NCBI GenBank assembly: GCA_002189035.1
Contig: NEEC01000010.1
Span: 2,294,001 to 2,358,000, forward strand
DNA length: 64,000 bases
DNA from: Utricularia gibba
Lineage: Eukaryota; Plantae; Magnoliophyta
Reading direction: 5' to 3'
A model generated the notes under the pieces. That model ran no database searches and was not told the origin of the DNA. It saw only the letters and a program-made list of their open reading frames with translations. The position numbers were made by a program, and so were the translations under genes. Shown here piece after piece: positions 49,823 through 62,319 of this stretch (within the stretch, counting starts at the first letter, position 1; every line of letters starts with the position of its first letter).

Positions 49823-50766
49823 TCAGATGGACATGTTGAGATCGATTCGTGGCCTTTTTCCGGGGTTTTTCTGCGGCACCCGGATGTCGGAGTTGCACCG
49901 TGGGCACTTGGGATTGCTCCGAGAAACCAAAACGTAGAGAAGGCAGCTGGGGCACCCCGCGGCGAACGCCGCCGACGCCGACTTCTGCTCCTGATCAGTA
50001 TCGCCGCAGGAATCCTTCACGGAGGAGGAAGACGTGGACGAAGACTTGGAAACCGACATCGAAAGCGATCGCTTTCTCCCGGAGGTTTCTCTCTCCGCCA
50101 TCTCCAGAGCGGACTTCACCTTGTCGAGTGTGCACACGCTCGACGACGCGCCGCGGACGGCGAAAAACGGCGTCGAGGAGAAAAGCTTCAAGTCCAACGC
50201 GCCGTCGTCTAATCCCGTGGACTTCGCCGCCGGCGGGAAGTTAAGGTCTTGCACGGTATCCCCGGCGACGCCCCCAGCTCCGCCGTGTTGTCGGACGCCG
50301 AGGACGAGGAGATGGACACCTCCCGCCTCTGGATGTAGACTTTTCCTGACTGCAAGAGTTTTCAACCAATTAATTTTACCGTACCCTCTCCCTTTTTTCA
50401 CCAACAGTACACGTCTCTTTTAATCAAAAAAACACACTTTCATCCCCGTCAATCATCACCAACTCCAAAGCTTTTTCAACCAAATTTACCCTCACACAAG
50501 AACAAGGCGAATGCAGTGAAAGCTGCATATTACCGCCGGCGATTCTCAAAACACAAATTCCGTTCATCAACACCCATGATCATCATCAACAGAAGAAGAA
50601 AACGTACTTTCAAGTCGAGGCGCTTTTCCCATCCCGCAGGGACCTTCAAATCAAGGTCGAGCTCTTTGGAGTCAAGGGGACAGCACCCTCCGAGCAGGTC
50701 CCGCGTGATCAGAGCCGCCGGCTTTCCGGACTCCACCGAGTCGCCGCCGTTCATCACAGCCGCCAT
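49823..50766 (-). CDS. Plant protein with WW-like motif, GIR1-like Cys motif and C-terminal EAR-like DLN; one apparent frameshift at ~50260-50330
   Basis: Exons 50766-50608 and 50349-49823. LDLKVPAGWEKRLDLK|SGKVYIQ, QDLNFPP, AAGCPSCLLYVLVSRSNPKCPRC, RPRIDLNMSI. Confidence 0.8.
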
Positions 50767-53659
50767 CGTGTAGAAGAGAGTTTCAAGGACGGGGGAAGGG
50801 GAAAGAGAGAGAGAGAGAGGGCGGCATGTGAGTGCGGAGGAGGAGGTATTTATAGACGGATATTAAAATAATAATTATAAAGTATATTTTATTGAGTAAT
50901 TTAAAGGAGGAATAATTTCTAATTAATGTATTAATTATGCATATTATTTGAATTAATTAGGAGGGGGAGCGTTGAATAAGAGGGGGTTGAACTGGGGCCG
51001 TCGATACTTAATTGGAGCCACGACAGCTGTGGATTAAATGCTTCATTTCATTTCATTTCCTTTTCCACCTTTGGATACCTGGTGGGTCCCAGTCACCTCA
51101 CTCACTTTATTATTATTTGTTTATTGGTCAAAATTGAATATAAATTCACAAAAATAATGAATATTAGTGCCTCGAATTTTGTGCTCCTCTCTCATCCCCA
51201 ACCTACGGTAACTTTTCAGGGGATTCATACTCGCCGGTGAACTTTTCCACAAGACGTTCAAATACGCAACGCGGCCTGGGAGAAGTCGCCGGCGCATTGC
51301 GCCAAATGTGGTGTTGTGTTGGAAAAGAGCCCTATTTGGACATCCGCCGACGGGCAGGGTGGTTAGGGCTTCGCTAGTCGTTTTATTTTTGTTTAAATTG
51401 TGGTTATGTTATTTTGGGATTTGTTTAATTGTTAATGTTGTTGTTGCTCTTTTGTGTTTCTTTTTTTTTTTTTTTTTCTGTAGAGGTTTCGTGGGTAAGG
51501 TTGATGCACCCCAACCGGAACATGGGTGGCCGTCAAGGAGAAGCCAGATGTTGTTCCTCCGGTTGTACTGCAGCCAGGTACTAATTAAATTATAGATTCA
51601 TGGTAAGTTATAATATACTGTATTTCTGTTGTGGGTGCCTGGAGGATTTGTAGACCATCACATTATCAGCTTTGCTTTTGACTCCAGGTCCAGCAGACTC
51701 AGAGTAATAGTTTGTGTCCGTCTTGACCATGCGCGGGTGGAACTGCAAAGGGCATCCACATAAACAAGTAGGGAAATAAAAGCGAGCACCTTTGATGCAA
51801 ATACAGATCCTGGGAAAGACCCCTGCAGTTGCACCATTTGCCAATTTAAAACGTGAGAAAATGGAGCAGTTTTTAGGGGATGGTCAAGGAAAATGGAAGA
51901 CTCTTCAAAGTCATAAATGGAGTGGTTGGGCTAATTGTCGTTGAACATATTCATTGCGTTTATGGTTTTTATTAAATGCACATTTTTTTTCTACTATCTT
52001 ACTATATTCATTTTCGTTTTCTTCTTTGTTAAATGACAATGCATCTCTATGACAAGACTATTTCTGTCTCAGGAGTACAGTCTTCACATTGGACTGCTGC
52101 TTTCATTTCTGTGGGTATCATTGTTGTGCCTTAAGCTGTGTCATGTCCATTACTGAACACTCTCTAACAAGAAAACATTCAGGATAATCATTGTGCGGAA
52201 AGAATACACTTTTAACGACCTTCCTAGTCTAAGTACTGTACTGAAGCAGTAAATTAACTACCTTCCTAGTTTAAGCGAGTTGGAATGGGAGTGCACCGGA
52301 GACAGATATCCACTTGAGAAGGCATTGAATCAGGAGAACGTAAAACACGGTGTAATGGTGAGCCCCCTTCGAGCTGACCAACAAACACCATTGTGTAAGA
52401 GATGAGGTAATCAGTGAAATTTGGCATCTTTCCAGAAAAAGGGTTTTTTCCTCACCTGAGTGCCAAATTCTTGATGCGGTTTTTCTTTTTGTAAAAGCTA
52501 TGTGTTATTATATGATACTTTTGTCTCCGGATTCCGGAGTACTGCTGTGTCTCCTTCAGGTTGCTTTCGCTTCTGTACGTATCAGTAGCTGTCTGTTTTT
52601 GACTCTACGGCAAACCAAGATTCACAGATGTGCTTCTGCGAGCCTCTTCTGTGGCCTTTCACGGAAATATTGAAATTACCACAGGAAAAAGGTTTGCTTT
52701 ACTCAGGGTGGAGATTGGGATTATAGAAGTAGTCCATTCTTTCAAGAGACCAGATGGTTGAAATTGCAATAAATGGCGGCTCAGAGTGATGGTTGGAGCT
52801 TGCGAATAAATTAAGGGGAATATCTTTTACAACAAAAACAAGGGATATTAATAGCGTGGAAGAAGACCATCAGCTAAGAACAAGAAAATTTATAGTGATT
52901 CATTGTTGAATTGACTATTAAGAATTTCATTCAACGATGCGTTGAACGCCTGACATCTTCATGAATGCGTTTCACTTCATCCATCTCTGACTCTGACCAC
53001 ACCAAGGGGATGTCCTGTGGAGCTGCTTGCTTGCATCAATGTTTCAGATTTTGAACAAAGTTCTGAATTTGCAATGAATTATGAAGAAAAAAAAAAGATG
53101 CCATCTCTATGCTCAGCTCAAGAATAGATGGCGTTGTGCTTTCCAAAGCTGAAGTAACCTACAAGCTTGGGAGCGAAGCAGAGGAGGTGATCATTCGTGC
53201 CATCACTAGTTCGAACTGTAAACAACAAAAACGCAAGGGGGCCAAAATATCCAGAAAAAGAAGTGCTGGTTCATGACTTCGCAATGGTCTTTGTATGTAT
53301 CAGTGGGTCTCCGTTATCGAGTTCATTGTGAACCAGAATGATCATGGAGACCAGAGAAGAACAAACAGAGAGCATCATTTGTACTGAGAGGCAATGTGAG
53401 AGGGCATCCATTGATAAAATGTACAAATGAATCTCTCTGAAACTGTAGGATCATTGAACGTAAGTTTCATCATGATACCAGACAGACGTATACAGCACAA
53501 AAAGGGTTACAGTGGAATAAAAAAATTAAATCATATCACTGAAATGTAGGGTTCTTCATTCAAGAGCCTGGATGGTTGAAAAATGCAATAAATGGGGTCT
53601 CACAAGAGCGACTAAACATCTGGGTTGAAGGGGAAACACACAGAAAATAACTACGCTTG

Positions 53660-54983
53660 GATATCTACATCCCGTGGGGGATCAACTCTTGGAGTAACAC
53701 ACGCATCTTCTTCCCCTGGAGAATGTACTGTGGGGAGATGAGAGGAAGTGGCGTTGTCGGGACTTGCTTTCCTTTTGGGTCCCATTTGAGGATTATTTTG
53801 ACCTGGATACGAAGAACGAGAAGGATGTGAGGAAAACCTGTCTGAGCAGAGCATGTCGCAGCAGTGTCTACGTATTCCATCAGAGGCTGACCGGAGACTA
53901 TCCATCCTTGAGCTTCAATGTCTTTGGACGTTTAGCTCTTGGCTATGCTGAAATGCAGCTCGCATCCTTTTGGGCCACTCTCCATAACAAACGAGGGGCT
54001 CCGATAACGAGCCCTTGAGAGGAAAACAAAATTCATAACCATAGAATTCGAGATTTATGCCTTCAGAAAAACCGAGATACAAAAAGCAAGCATCGATGAT
54101 AAGGGAACGCATCTGCATCCCCATTGCAGGAAAAAAATTATAGATGCAATATCATCAAGTAACATTGGAGCAAAAAGTTCATACCATCACTTAGACATTG
54201 AAACATGAGAATGCTCAACTTCAAACTGGTTTTGATGGAAAACTGTTTCCGTGGAGCTATAATCAAATTTAGTCATTGGAAAAAAGCTTGTCACTTCCGC
54301 ATGTTTCAGTATCAAAATTAGGGCATTTCGAAACCGATAACATGAAGTGAATTGTTCTAGTCATCATCCGACACAACGCGTGGTACTGAAACACCAAACT
54401 TGCTTTTTGGATGACATGGTTGTACACAGATAAAACACCAATAAACAACAATAACAAAATGTCAAGCAAGAAGCCCAATCAAGAGTTTATATCGAAGCGA
54501 CTCTGCATACCACTCCACGCCGTTAACATTCCCAGGATACCACTCCACGATGTTCTCCGGAAACATGAACTTTCTCGCCTGGCGCACACAAAAGCAGCAG
54601 AAACACATTAAATGACACCACAAATCAACCGGAAAAGATAGGAACACACAAAAGGTTCGAACTTCCAACAAGAAGCACGAAAATTTTCACTACAGGAAAG
54701 ATTCAACAATCACCTACAACATTCCACGTGCGAGTAGTCCGAATGATCATCTCAGTACTCATGGGGGTGCCCTGACCTCAACCCAGAGTGCCGTACTCAT
54801 CTTCCGTCAATTCACGCATCAACACCTCATTCAGCTCCACGTAAATGACTCCATCAGCCACAAACTACAACACAACCTAAAAAATCAATAAAACAACAGA
54901 AATCAAACCACACCTACACAACAAATTGCGCAAAAAACATCTAGGACAGTAACCATTCGCCGTTTGCTCATCTGAGCCGCCAT
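53660..54983 (-). pseudogene. RPS3: Intron-containing 40S ribosomal protein S3 (uS3) pseudogene
   Basis: MAAQMSKRR(M)|FVADGVIYVELNEVLMRELTED with in-frame TGA at 54778, then FPEN.VE..., [47 protein letters not shown]. Many substitutions, stops and multi-base indels. Confidence 0.85.
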
Positions 54984-55042
54984 TTTCAGGTTTCGCCGAC
55001 GACGAGGTCTTGGACGGATACTAGGGCTTCATAAGCATTTAG

Positions 55043-55103
55043 TGGGCTCAAGGCCCAATAACTTCCAGTAAGTAGATGTGCCTATTTTCAAGTGCTAAGC
55101 CCA
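55043..55103. promoter_or_regulatory. Three site II (TGGGCY) elements upstream of the RPS3 pseudogene
   Basis: tgggct 55043, ggccca 55052, agccca 55098. Site II elements are established in ribosomal protein promoters. Confidence 0.55.
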
Positions 55104-55913
55104 ATTGCGTATTTTATTTTTTATAATATTTAACGTTTTCACAATATCGAGTTTTCTCCTACATTTAGTGGGACCTGTAATATTTTTTTATTGTAAATTT
55201 GATTTTTTTATTTTAATTTATCAAATATTAAAAAAATATCAAATATTAAAGAAAACTACAATTGTAAATACTTATCATTTTAAAAATAGAAATCATTATC
55301 TTTTGTAATAATACTAATTTCAAAATGATTTTTTAGAGTACATGGCAGATACTTTTTCAACATGGGTGGGTCCCACACATTTTTGAATTTTGTGTGCAGA
55401 TTTCCATCGTTATTGCTGTAAGTGTTTTGAAGAATATTGATTGTGGAGGAGATCTTTTGTTGTTGAGCTCAACGTTGAGAGAATTTGTAAGAATTGAAAG
55501 TTGTTGCGAACCAAAAAACAACATGTTTCTTGCTGTATTAGAGAGAATTTATAGACAAAGTGGATGTCGCCCGTTGGTTCTTGTCAGGGTTAGAAATCGA
55601 CCGTTGACTTCTTCTCGTAGAGTAGTATCTTTTTGTGTGGTTTGTACGGCATACCCTGTATCCTGAACCGCTTTCGTGGACCAGGGTCTTGGGCAGAGTC
55701 TTGGCCCATCAGGCTTGAGTATTCGGGCCCAAGCGGAACGAGACATCTTTCAGGGCTGGAATCAGATTCGCTCCCCTCAGTGTGCTTCGGGACTGCGCTG
55801 CGTCCTTCGGAGCTCTTGTTTTCACAGTTCTTCAGGACTTCATCATTCACCATCAATTGCCTCCCTCTCTGTGGTGGTGGGAGTGGTTTCCCTCATCCTC
55901 GTCCCGCTCTGCG

Positions 55914-58508
55914 ATGGGTCTTCTGTCGGCGTACATTCCCCTGCTCACCCTCCTGCAGCTTCTCGACACCTTGAGGCTCCGCCACAGGTACAAGCTTAGC
56001 GTTATAAATCCGCAACAGGTGGATTATTTGGAAGAGCTGGCTCTTTATTTCCTGGAATTTCTCGAAAGTCGCCCGCCAGGGCCCGATGATCCACAGATGG
56101 AGCCTTTCGTCCTTCAAATTCATGATTCAGTCGTTGCAGCAAGTGAGGCTCTAGACGTTTACGTGGTGGATAAAATCCTTGGAGCAGAGGATTTTACCGA
56201 TGAAGACGATGATTGGCTGTCGGCAGCTTTCACCGAAGATATGATGAAAGTTATTCGAGATCTAGAGACAGTCAGATGCAAGGTAGCTAATGCTGGTTGT
56301 AATTTGGGATTCACACCACTAAGCCAACGATCTCTGAAATCAAATCGCTCAACCTCATTTACCAAAAATTGTCTGCCAAAAGTGGTCGGATTCGAAAGCC
56401 ACCTCTCTTGGATGAAGGATGAGCGGATTGCTAGTCGCGTAAAAAGCCTTGTGGTGATTCCCATCGTCGGGATGGGTGGGATCGGAAAAACAACTTTAGC
56501 TCGGCTGGTTTACGAGGATCGCCTCATCCAACGGCGATTTGAACGGAGGTATTGGGTTACAGTATCACTAGAATACGATTTGCTACGAATCCTACAAGGT
56601 ATTCTGGGTCACGAAGGTTGTGATAGTGTCAGGGATTTGGGAACGAAACTGTATCAGAGTTTAAAAGGTTTCAGGTATTTGATTGTGCTGGATGATATGT
56701 GGGATCTGAGAGCATGGGAGGCTTTGAGACAATATCTTCCCGACGATAACCAGGGAAGTCGAGTTATCGTGACGACAAGAGACCAGCAACTTGCTGCTGG
56801 TTTCGGATCATCCAAGGCTTACAATGTCGACTTTCTTGATCCAGAAAAAAGCTGGGAACTCTTTTGTGATCGAGTGTTCGGCGGCATGTGTTGCCCTGAA
56901 GAGCTCGAGTCTTCGGCGAGGGAAATTGCTAAAAATTGTAGAGGGCTCCCTCTGGCAATCACCACAATTGCTGGGCTGCTCGCCAAGTCGGACAAGACAT
57001 GTGAGTACTGGAGCAGCGTTTCGAAAGATGTGGCGTCTTTGGTGAACTTGGAAGACAATGAGTACAGCAGAAAGGTACTGAGCTTGAGTTACGATTACTT
57101 GCCTCTTCGCCTCAAGCCCCTGTTTCTGTACATCGGAGGATTCTATGAGGAAGACGTTATCATTATGTTGGATGATTTGATTAATGCACTGGTTGCCTTT
57201 GCACTTGTGAGACCAATACAAGGCAAACGAATCGAAGAGGCTGCATTGGAGTACACGATCGAGCTTATTCACAGAAACTTAATTTTTATTCGCGCCTGGG
57301 AAGACTTTGGGCGGATTAATTATCGGGACATTAGGCAGATTAATCCTCTGGGGATACACGATCTTTTACGGGATCTTTGCTTGAAAGAGATCAGCACCGG
57401 AAAACTGTTTGCTGATCTGGTGGGTAGGTGCACCAAGTGCGCCTTGGGTTCAGAAAGATCATGTTATCTTGTGCGTGATCTCCGTTTATGTGGAAGTTTC
57501 TGTAAATCTGGTAAGAGCGAGGAGGCTTCTTCACTTGGTTCTGCGCTATGGAACATGCAGAAATTCGATGATACAAAGGCTACGGGCATGGAGTTCCTTG
57601 TTTGTGAAATATGGAGCTGGCCGCAGCTTTCATCACTGGTGATGGGGACCAATAGCTTTCCTGTGAATGAAAGGAAACTCCCTGCTGTTTTTGAGCGCCT
57701 TCGCGAACTTACATCTGATGAGTGTACGCCAGAGATGGCTGATGCGATGCCGAGTGTGAAGCGTCTAACTCTCCGTGAGACAAGAGATTCAAAAAATGTG
57801 GCACTCCCCTCACAATTAGAGAGTCTAATATTGGTTAAGGCGCAGGATATTGAACATCTTATTTTCCCGGAGTCGCTGAAAGAGTTGCGTTTGCGTGATT
57901 GCCATATCAGTTGCAGCCAAGTGAATGGATTTGGGGCGTTGCCTAATCTTGAAGCACTGGAGGTGTCCAGCTACAGTAGTCTATATCTTGATCGTGTGTG
58001 GACGCCGATTGCAGGTGGATTTCGCAGATTGAAATATTTGGAAATCAAGAACTTTTGCAAGTACTGGCGAGAGGGGTCGGATATTCATTTCCCCCAGCTA
58101 CAGGTTATTGAGGTGATGCGTTTGCGTGAGATCCCACGAGGTTTGAAAAATATCGAAACTTTGACAGAAATTCATTTGACTGTTTGCCACAAAGATGTTG
58201 TTGACAGAGCGAAGTGGATACTGAAGCAGCAACGGAGGAGATCGGGAAATTACCAACTCCGTCTAACCATTAATTTTGAACAACAAGATGAAGAAGAAGA
58301 CGATGGGGACGACGATGAAGAAGAAGAAGAGGAAGAAGAATACCATCGTGGAGAAGGAGAAGAAGATGGGGATGACGATGATGAAGAAGAAGAAGAAGAA
58401 TACTATGGCGGAGAAGAATCTGGGAAGGCAATTAAACATTACCTTTTGGCTCGAATATTGCTCGAGTATACTGGGAGTATGCCATTGAAAACATATTTCG
58501 CTTTTTAA
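55914..58508 (+). CDS. CC-NB-ARC-LRR (R1-like) paralog, 864 aa from the first ATG, acidic C-terminal tail
   Basis: ATG at 55914 (MGLLSAYIPLL). GMGGIGKTT, LDDMW, GLPLA, IHD. Collinear with 6585-9257 in the opposite orientation. Confidence 0.93.
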   Translation: MGLLSAYIPLLTLLQLLDTLRLRHRYKLSVINPQQVDYLEELALYFLEFLESRPPGPDDPQMEPFVLQIHDSVVAASEALDVYVVDKILGAEDFTDEDDDWLSAAFTEDMMKVIRDLETVRCKVANAGCNLGFTPLSQRSLKSNRSTSFTKNCLPKVVGFESHLSWMKDERIASRVKSLVVIPIVGMGGIGKTTLARLVYEDRLIQRRFERRYWVTVSLEYDLLRILQGILGHEGCDSVRDLGTKLYQSLKGFRYLIVLDDMWDLRAWEALRQYLPDDNQGSRVIVTTRDQQLAAGFGSSKAYNVDFLDPEKSWELFCDRVFGGMCCPEELESSAREIAKNCRGLPLAITTIAGLLAKSDKTCEYWSSVSKDVASLVNLEDNEYSRKVLSLSYDYLPLRLKPLFLYIGGFYEEDVIIMLDDLINALVAFALVRPIQGKRIEEAALEYTIELIHRNLIFIRAWEDFGRINYRDIRQINPLGIHDLLRDLCLKEISTGKLFADLVGRCTKCALGSERSCYLVRDLRLCGSFCKSGKSEEASSLGSALWNMQKFDDTKATGMEFLVCEIWSWPQLSSLVMGTNSFPVNERKLPAVFERLRELTSDECTPEMADAMPSVKRLTLRETRDSKNVALPSQLESLILVKAQDIEHLIFPESLKELRLRDCHISCSQVNGFGALPNLEALEVSSYSSLYLDRVWTPIAGGFRRLKYLEIKNFCKYWREGSDIHFPQLQVIEVMRLREIPRGLKNIETLTEIHLTVCHKDVVDRAKWILKQQRRRSGNYQLRLTINFEQQDEEEDDGDDDEEEEEEEEYHRGEGEEDGDDDDEEEEEEYYGGEESGKAIKHYLLARILLEYTGSMPLKTYFAF

Positions 58509-59276
58509 ACATTTTGGTAATCTACGCAAATTTACATATATATTTAAAATATACTTTGATTTTAAAATTTATTTATAAATCAAATTTATGTTATATTTGG
58601 TACTGTCAATAAACATATCATATTATATATTAAAAATAAATTTATTATTTCAATTTCGATAAAAATAACATATGATTTTAATTACAACTATTTCATTCTT
58701 AAATTTTAAAGAATATATATTTAAAATTTTTTTTTTTCAATTGACTATCTTAAACATATATCATATCAAATGTTAATTACAATATTTTATAACATTGATA
58801 ATTATGCATAAATTATATGTTATTTATACTTTTTATAAAGTGATCATATTCATTTTAAATGTACAAAATGAAATATAAAAATCATATCTATTGATTGGTA
58901 TATAATGTATGAATTAAAATCTTAATTGATTGATTTTATTTTTTAAGTACATATTTATTTTAGTAAAACTAATTATTTTTTATTATAAAAACAAGAAAAA
59001 TTACCTAAATTGATTAATTTATTTATATCACAAATTTTAAAATTTTTATAAACATATATTTATCATATATATATATATAACTATAACTATTATTTTGATC
59101 AGACAAAACATGTGAGTACGGATGAATTAGAAATCTGATAATGCATAATATAGTGAAGAGATGATTAGGGATTTTCTAACTTCAAACATCTAGAAACAGG
59201 ATGGGTTTACAGCTTCGTGAATGTGAAAAAATAGGTAACCGTATTCTGACATTCATGTGAGCACAAGGGGAACTTG

Positions 59277-62200
59277 TTACTCCACTTCCTGCAAATAGTC
59301 CTCAATTTCTGAGGGAGTGAGAACCCTACCAACAAAACAAAAGGAAAAATTCTCCATCATGTGGTTAATGATAGCTATTAAAGGAGAAGCCTGAGCTCAG
59401 GGCAAAACTTACTTGAATGTTTTGTCGTTGCCAATGACTCCAATCTCGATGTTCTTGCCTGAAATCTGTCCTTCAAAACTGGTGCAAGTAGAGAGAGTAG
59501 GAAATTATTACATCACCCTATTGTTCGGAACAGATGTGATGAATGAGTAGCATTCAGTGGAAAAAAGGCACTTGAGACATGAAACAAGATGCAACGTCCA
59601 GACTCTATGTAAACATTGGGATCAATTCTGTACATTACAATGGACAAGTTCTTTACTAGAGGACCCTATTATTCATTGCATTTTAGTGACATGAGGGAAA
59701 TACAGAGCCCCATGCGTTGCAACCAGCAACTTTCGTATCTTAATCTCAGTAAATCAAATTATGGATTCTGTGCAGCACCGGCTACAGCGCACAAACAATT
59801 GCTTACCCTTCTTTCAATGTCAAAATAGCCGTATGTACTGCATCATCAAGTTCCATATCTTCGGTGTACCTGCAAAATCCAGGCAGCAACAAATAATTCA
59901 AATGAAAAGCATAGAAACATCCAACGAAAATCAATAATGTATTTTGAGGATTAGTCATCCTGATAATTACATAGAATCATAGATCTGATTTGATTAGAGC
60001 TTGCTAATAGAAGGGTTGGTGTCAGTACATAAAAAAGGATGGGATGCCTAACAACTGTGGTAGCTTGTAGAGCAGAGGCTAAGCCAGGTCAAGTTCAGCA
60101 TTTAAGAATTTAGGACTAATTTCACAAGCGATTATGATATGGCCACACAATAATGTTAGGTGCGGCACGGAATAGAAAAAAAGGCTATTGAAGTGATTAA
60201 AAACGGATGCCACTCAAATAAAACACCACCTCTTCTCTAAGAAGGTCTTTGCGTTTGACACATTCTTCCCCATAGCTGAAGCTTTCCAGGAAAAGTATGA
60301 GCCTGAAGGATCCACCTACGCAAAAATTGAAAATCTCAGAGGATTAAAGGGCAAAGAAAATACTATAAGAAAAAAAAAAAAAAAACAAACCCCATTATAT
60401 TTAAGTCTTTAGAAAGAGCAACCAATAGGAAATGGAGGATATGATCCATTCAAAAAAAGTTATCCATAAAAATGCAAGGACACCATTTCTCACCTGATAT
60501 AGCTGTGGACCCTTATCATCAAATCCAGCCACCAGCAGAGAAACACCAAAGGGTCTCACACCACTAAAACCCAAAGAAATAACAGCAAATATTGAATGAG
60601 GAACTAGTTTCCAGCATATACATGGACAACAGCATACTCAGGATTTGGCATTACCACAGCACAAAGGATGAATAGGAGAAAATCTTGGTGATAGATAATA
60701 CCATAAAAGGCATCAAGAGTATAGAGATTAAGCAAAACCTACCCAGACTGAGTAAATTCCTGCATAACAGTTGCAGTCTCCCTCACAAGTTGAGTAACTG
60801 GAATGGGTTCCTATTTCATCATCCAAACACATAAAACACAATGTACTAAACAACAGTTACAATTCAGAATGTCAACAGAATCTTCTCAGTACAAGGAATG
60901 GAAAACATCAAATAAAAAATCAATTTAATAAAATAGAATAATCGCTGAATGCTTCCATGATGCAAACATGGAAGTAATGAACAATTCAACAACTATAAAG
61001 ATGCAATGGAGGTAAATCTCCACTGTATCAAATGTGTGCATCAAAGCAAAAGACAAGATGCAGAGACTGATGGTCAAAAGATACGAGTGGTGGAGACAAA
61101 AAAGATTACTTTGTATAGACGATAATATTGCTCTGCTTGCTTTCTGCTTTTACGAACCAATACTCGAGAATCAGGACCCATGCCACTGCAAAGAAAACAA
61201 AATGATGGAGCATGGTATCTGAAAATCTACAGGGATTCCAAATGCTGCAGGATACAAACTCCCAAAATCCCTAGATGCCCTTTGAATTTCTCGGTTATCT
61301 AATATTATGTAATATCCCTCAACCTGGTTTGTCTACTTTACTCCTGATGCATTTCATTGATTATCTTACATGCTCAGAAGTAATCATTTTGGACAGAAAT
61401 ACTTAGAAAATAGGTCCCCAAGTGAATAAAAGGGAACACACAAAGAGCACGATGAAATTGTACATATCTAGAACATGAAAACTCAACCTGTAGACAACAC
61501 CAATGTTAGGAGTCAAAATCTGAATCTTTTGCACCTGCAAGTGGTGAATTTGAAATAAAAAATTAATTGTGTTTAATAATAAAAAAAATTTGATTCCCAA
61601 TATCAACCGAGATATAACTCAAGTATTCAAAGGCCCGATGACAAAATCCAGACTCAGTAATTATAAACAACAGGTTTTCAAATTTTTCATACAAAAAAAT
61701 TTAAAACTCATCATGAACTTCCAACAACACGAAAATGGAAAAAATTAACATTTTACATTATTCATGTTTGTCAGTAAAATTGAACGTAATTTCTTACAGA
61801 TGCCTCATCAACCAAAATTGAAGGTAATTTCTTCTCTGTGGCGATAACAACACCATTAGCAGCTGTAGTCATGCAAGATGATCGTAATCAGTTTTTTTTT
61901 TCCCGTTTGACACCGCTGATATAACAGCTTATGCAGACTCCACTAGTTAGCACTTGCTCTTTAGAATGCAAACCAATAAAAACTCAAGATGAAAATTACT
62001 TTAAAATCCCTTTATAGGGTACTTCACTCAAAATAAAAGCATGAAGTATCCGAATCACAATGTATTTCCAACATGGAGATCTAGTGCATTTCAAATGACC
62101 CTGTAGATGAGAAAAATAAACAACCTTTAATTCCTAAAGATGTTTGACCGGATCCAACAGCAGTCAGCGCATGTTCTATCTGAACGAGCTTGCCAGATGG

Positions 62201-62319
62201 ACTGCATCCACCATAATAAGATTAAGCCAAGAACCAAACATGAAGGAGAAACATAATTCCACGATTTATTCTGAGTACCTGAAGGTGGTGAGGGAAAAAC
62301 TGTACTGACTATCACCCAT
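59277..62319 (-). CDS. PAB1: 20S proteasome subunit alpha type-2 (PAB), 11 coding exons
   Basis: [14 protein letters not shown]|[76 protein letters not shown]. Confidence 0.95.

Noticed and set aside
55782-55913. 44-aa N-terminal extension of NLR copy 3
   Set aside because: It starts at GTG. The first ATG (55914) aligns with the paralog starts.
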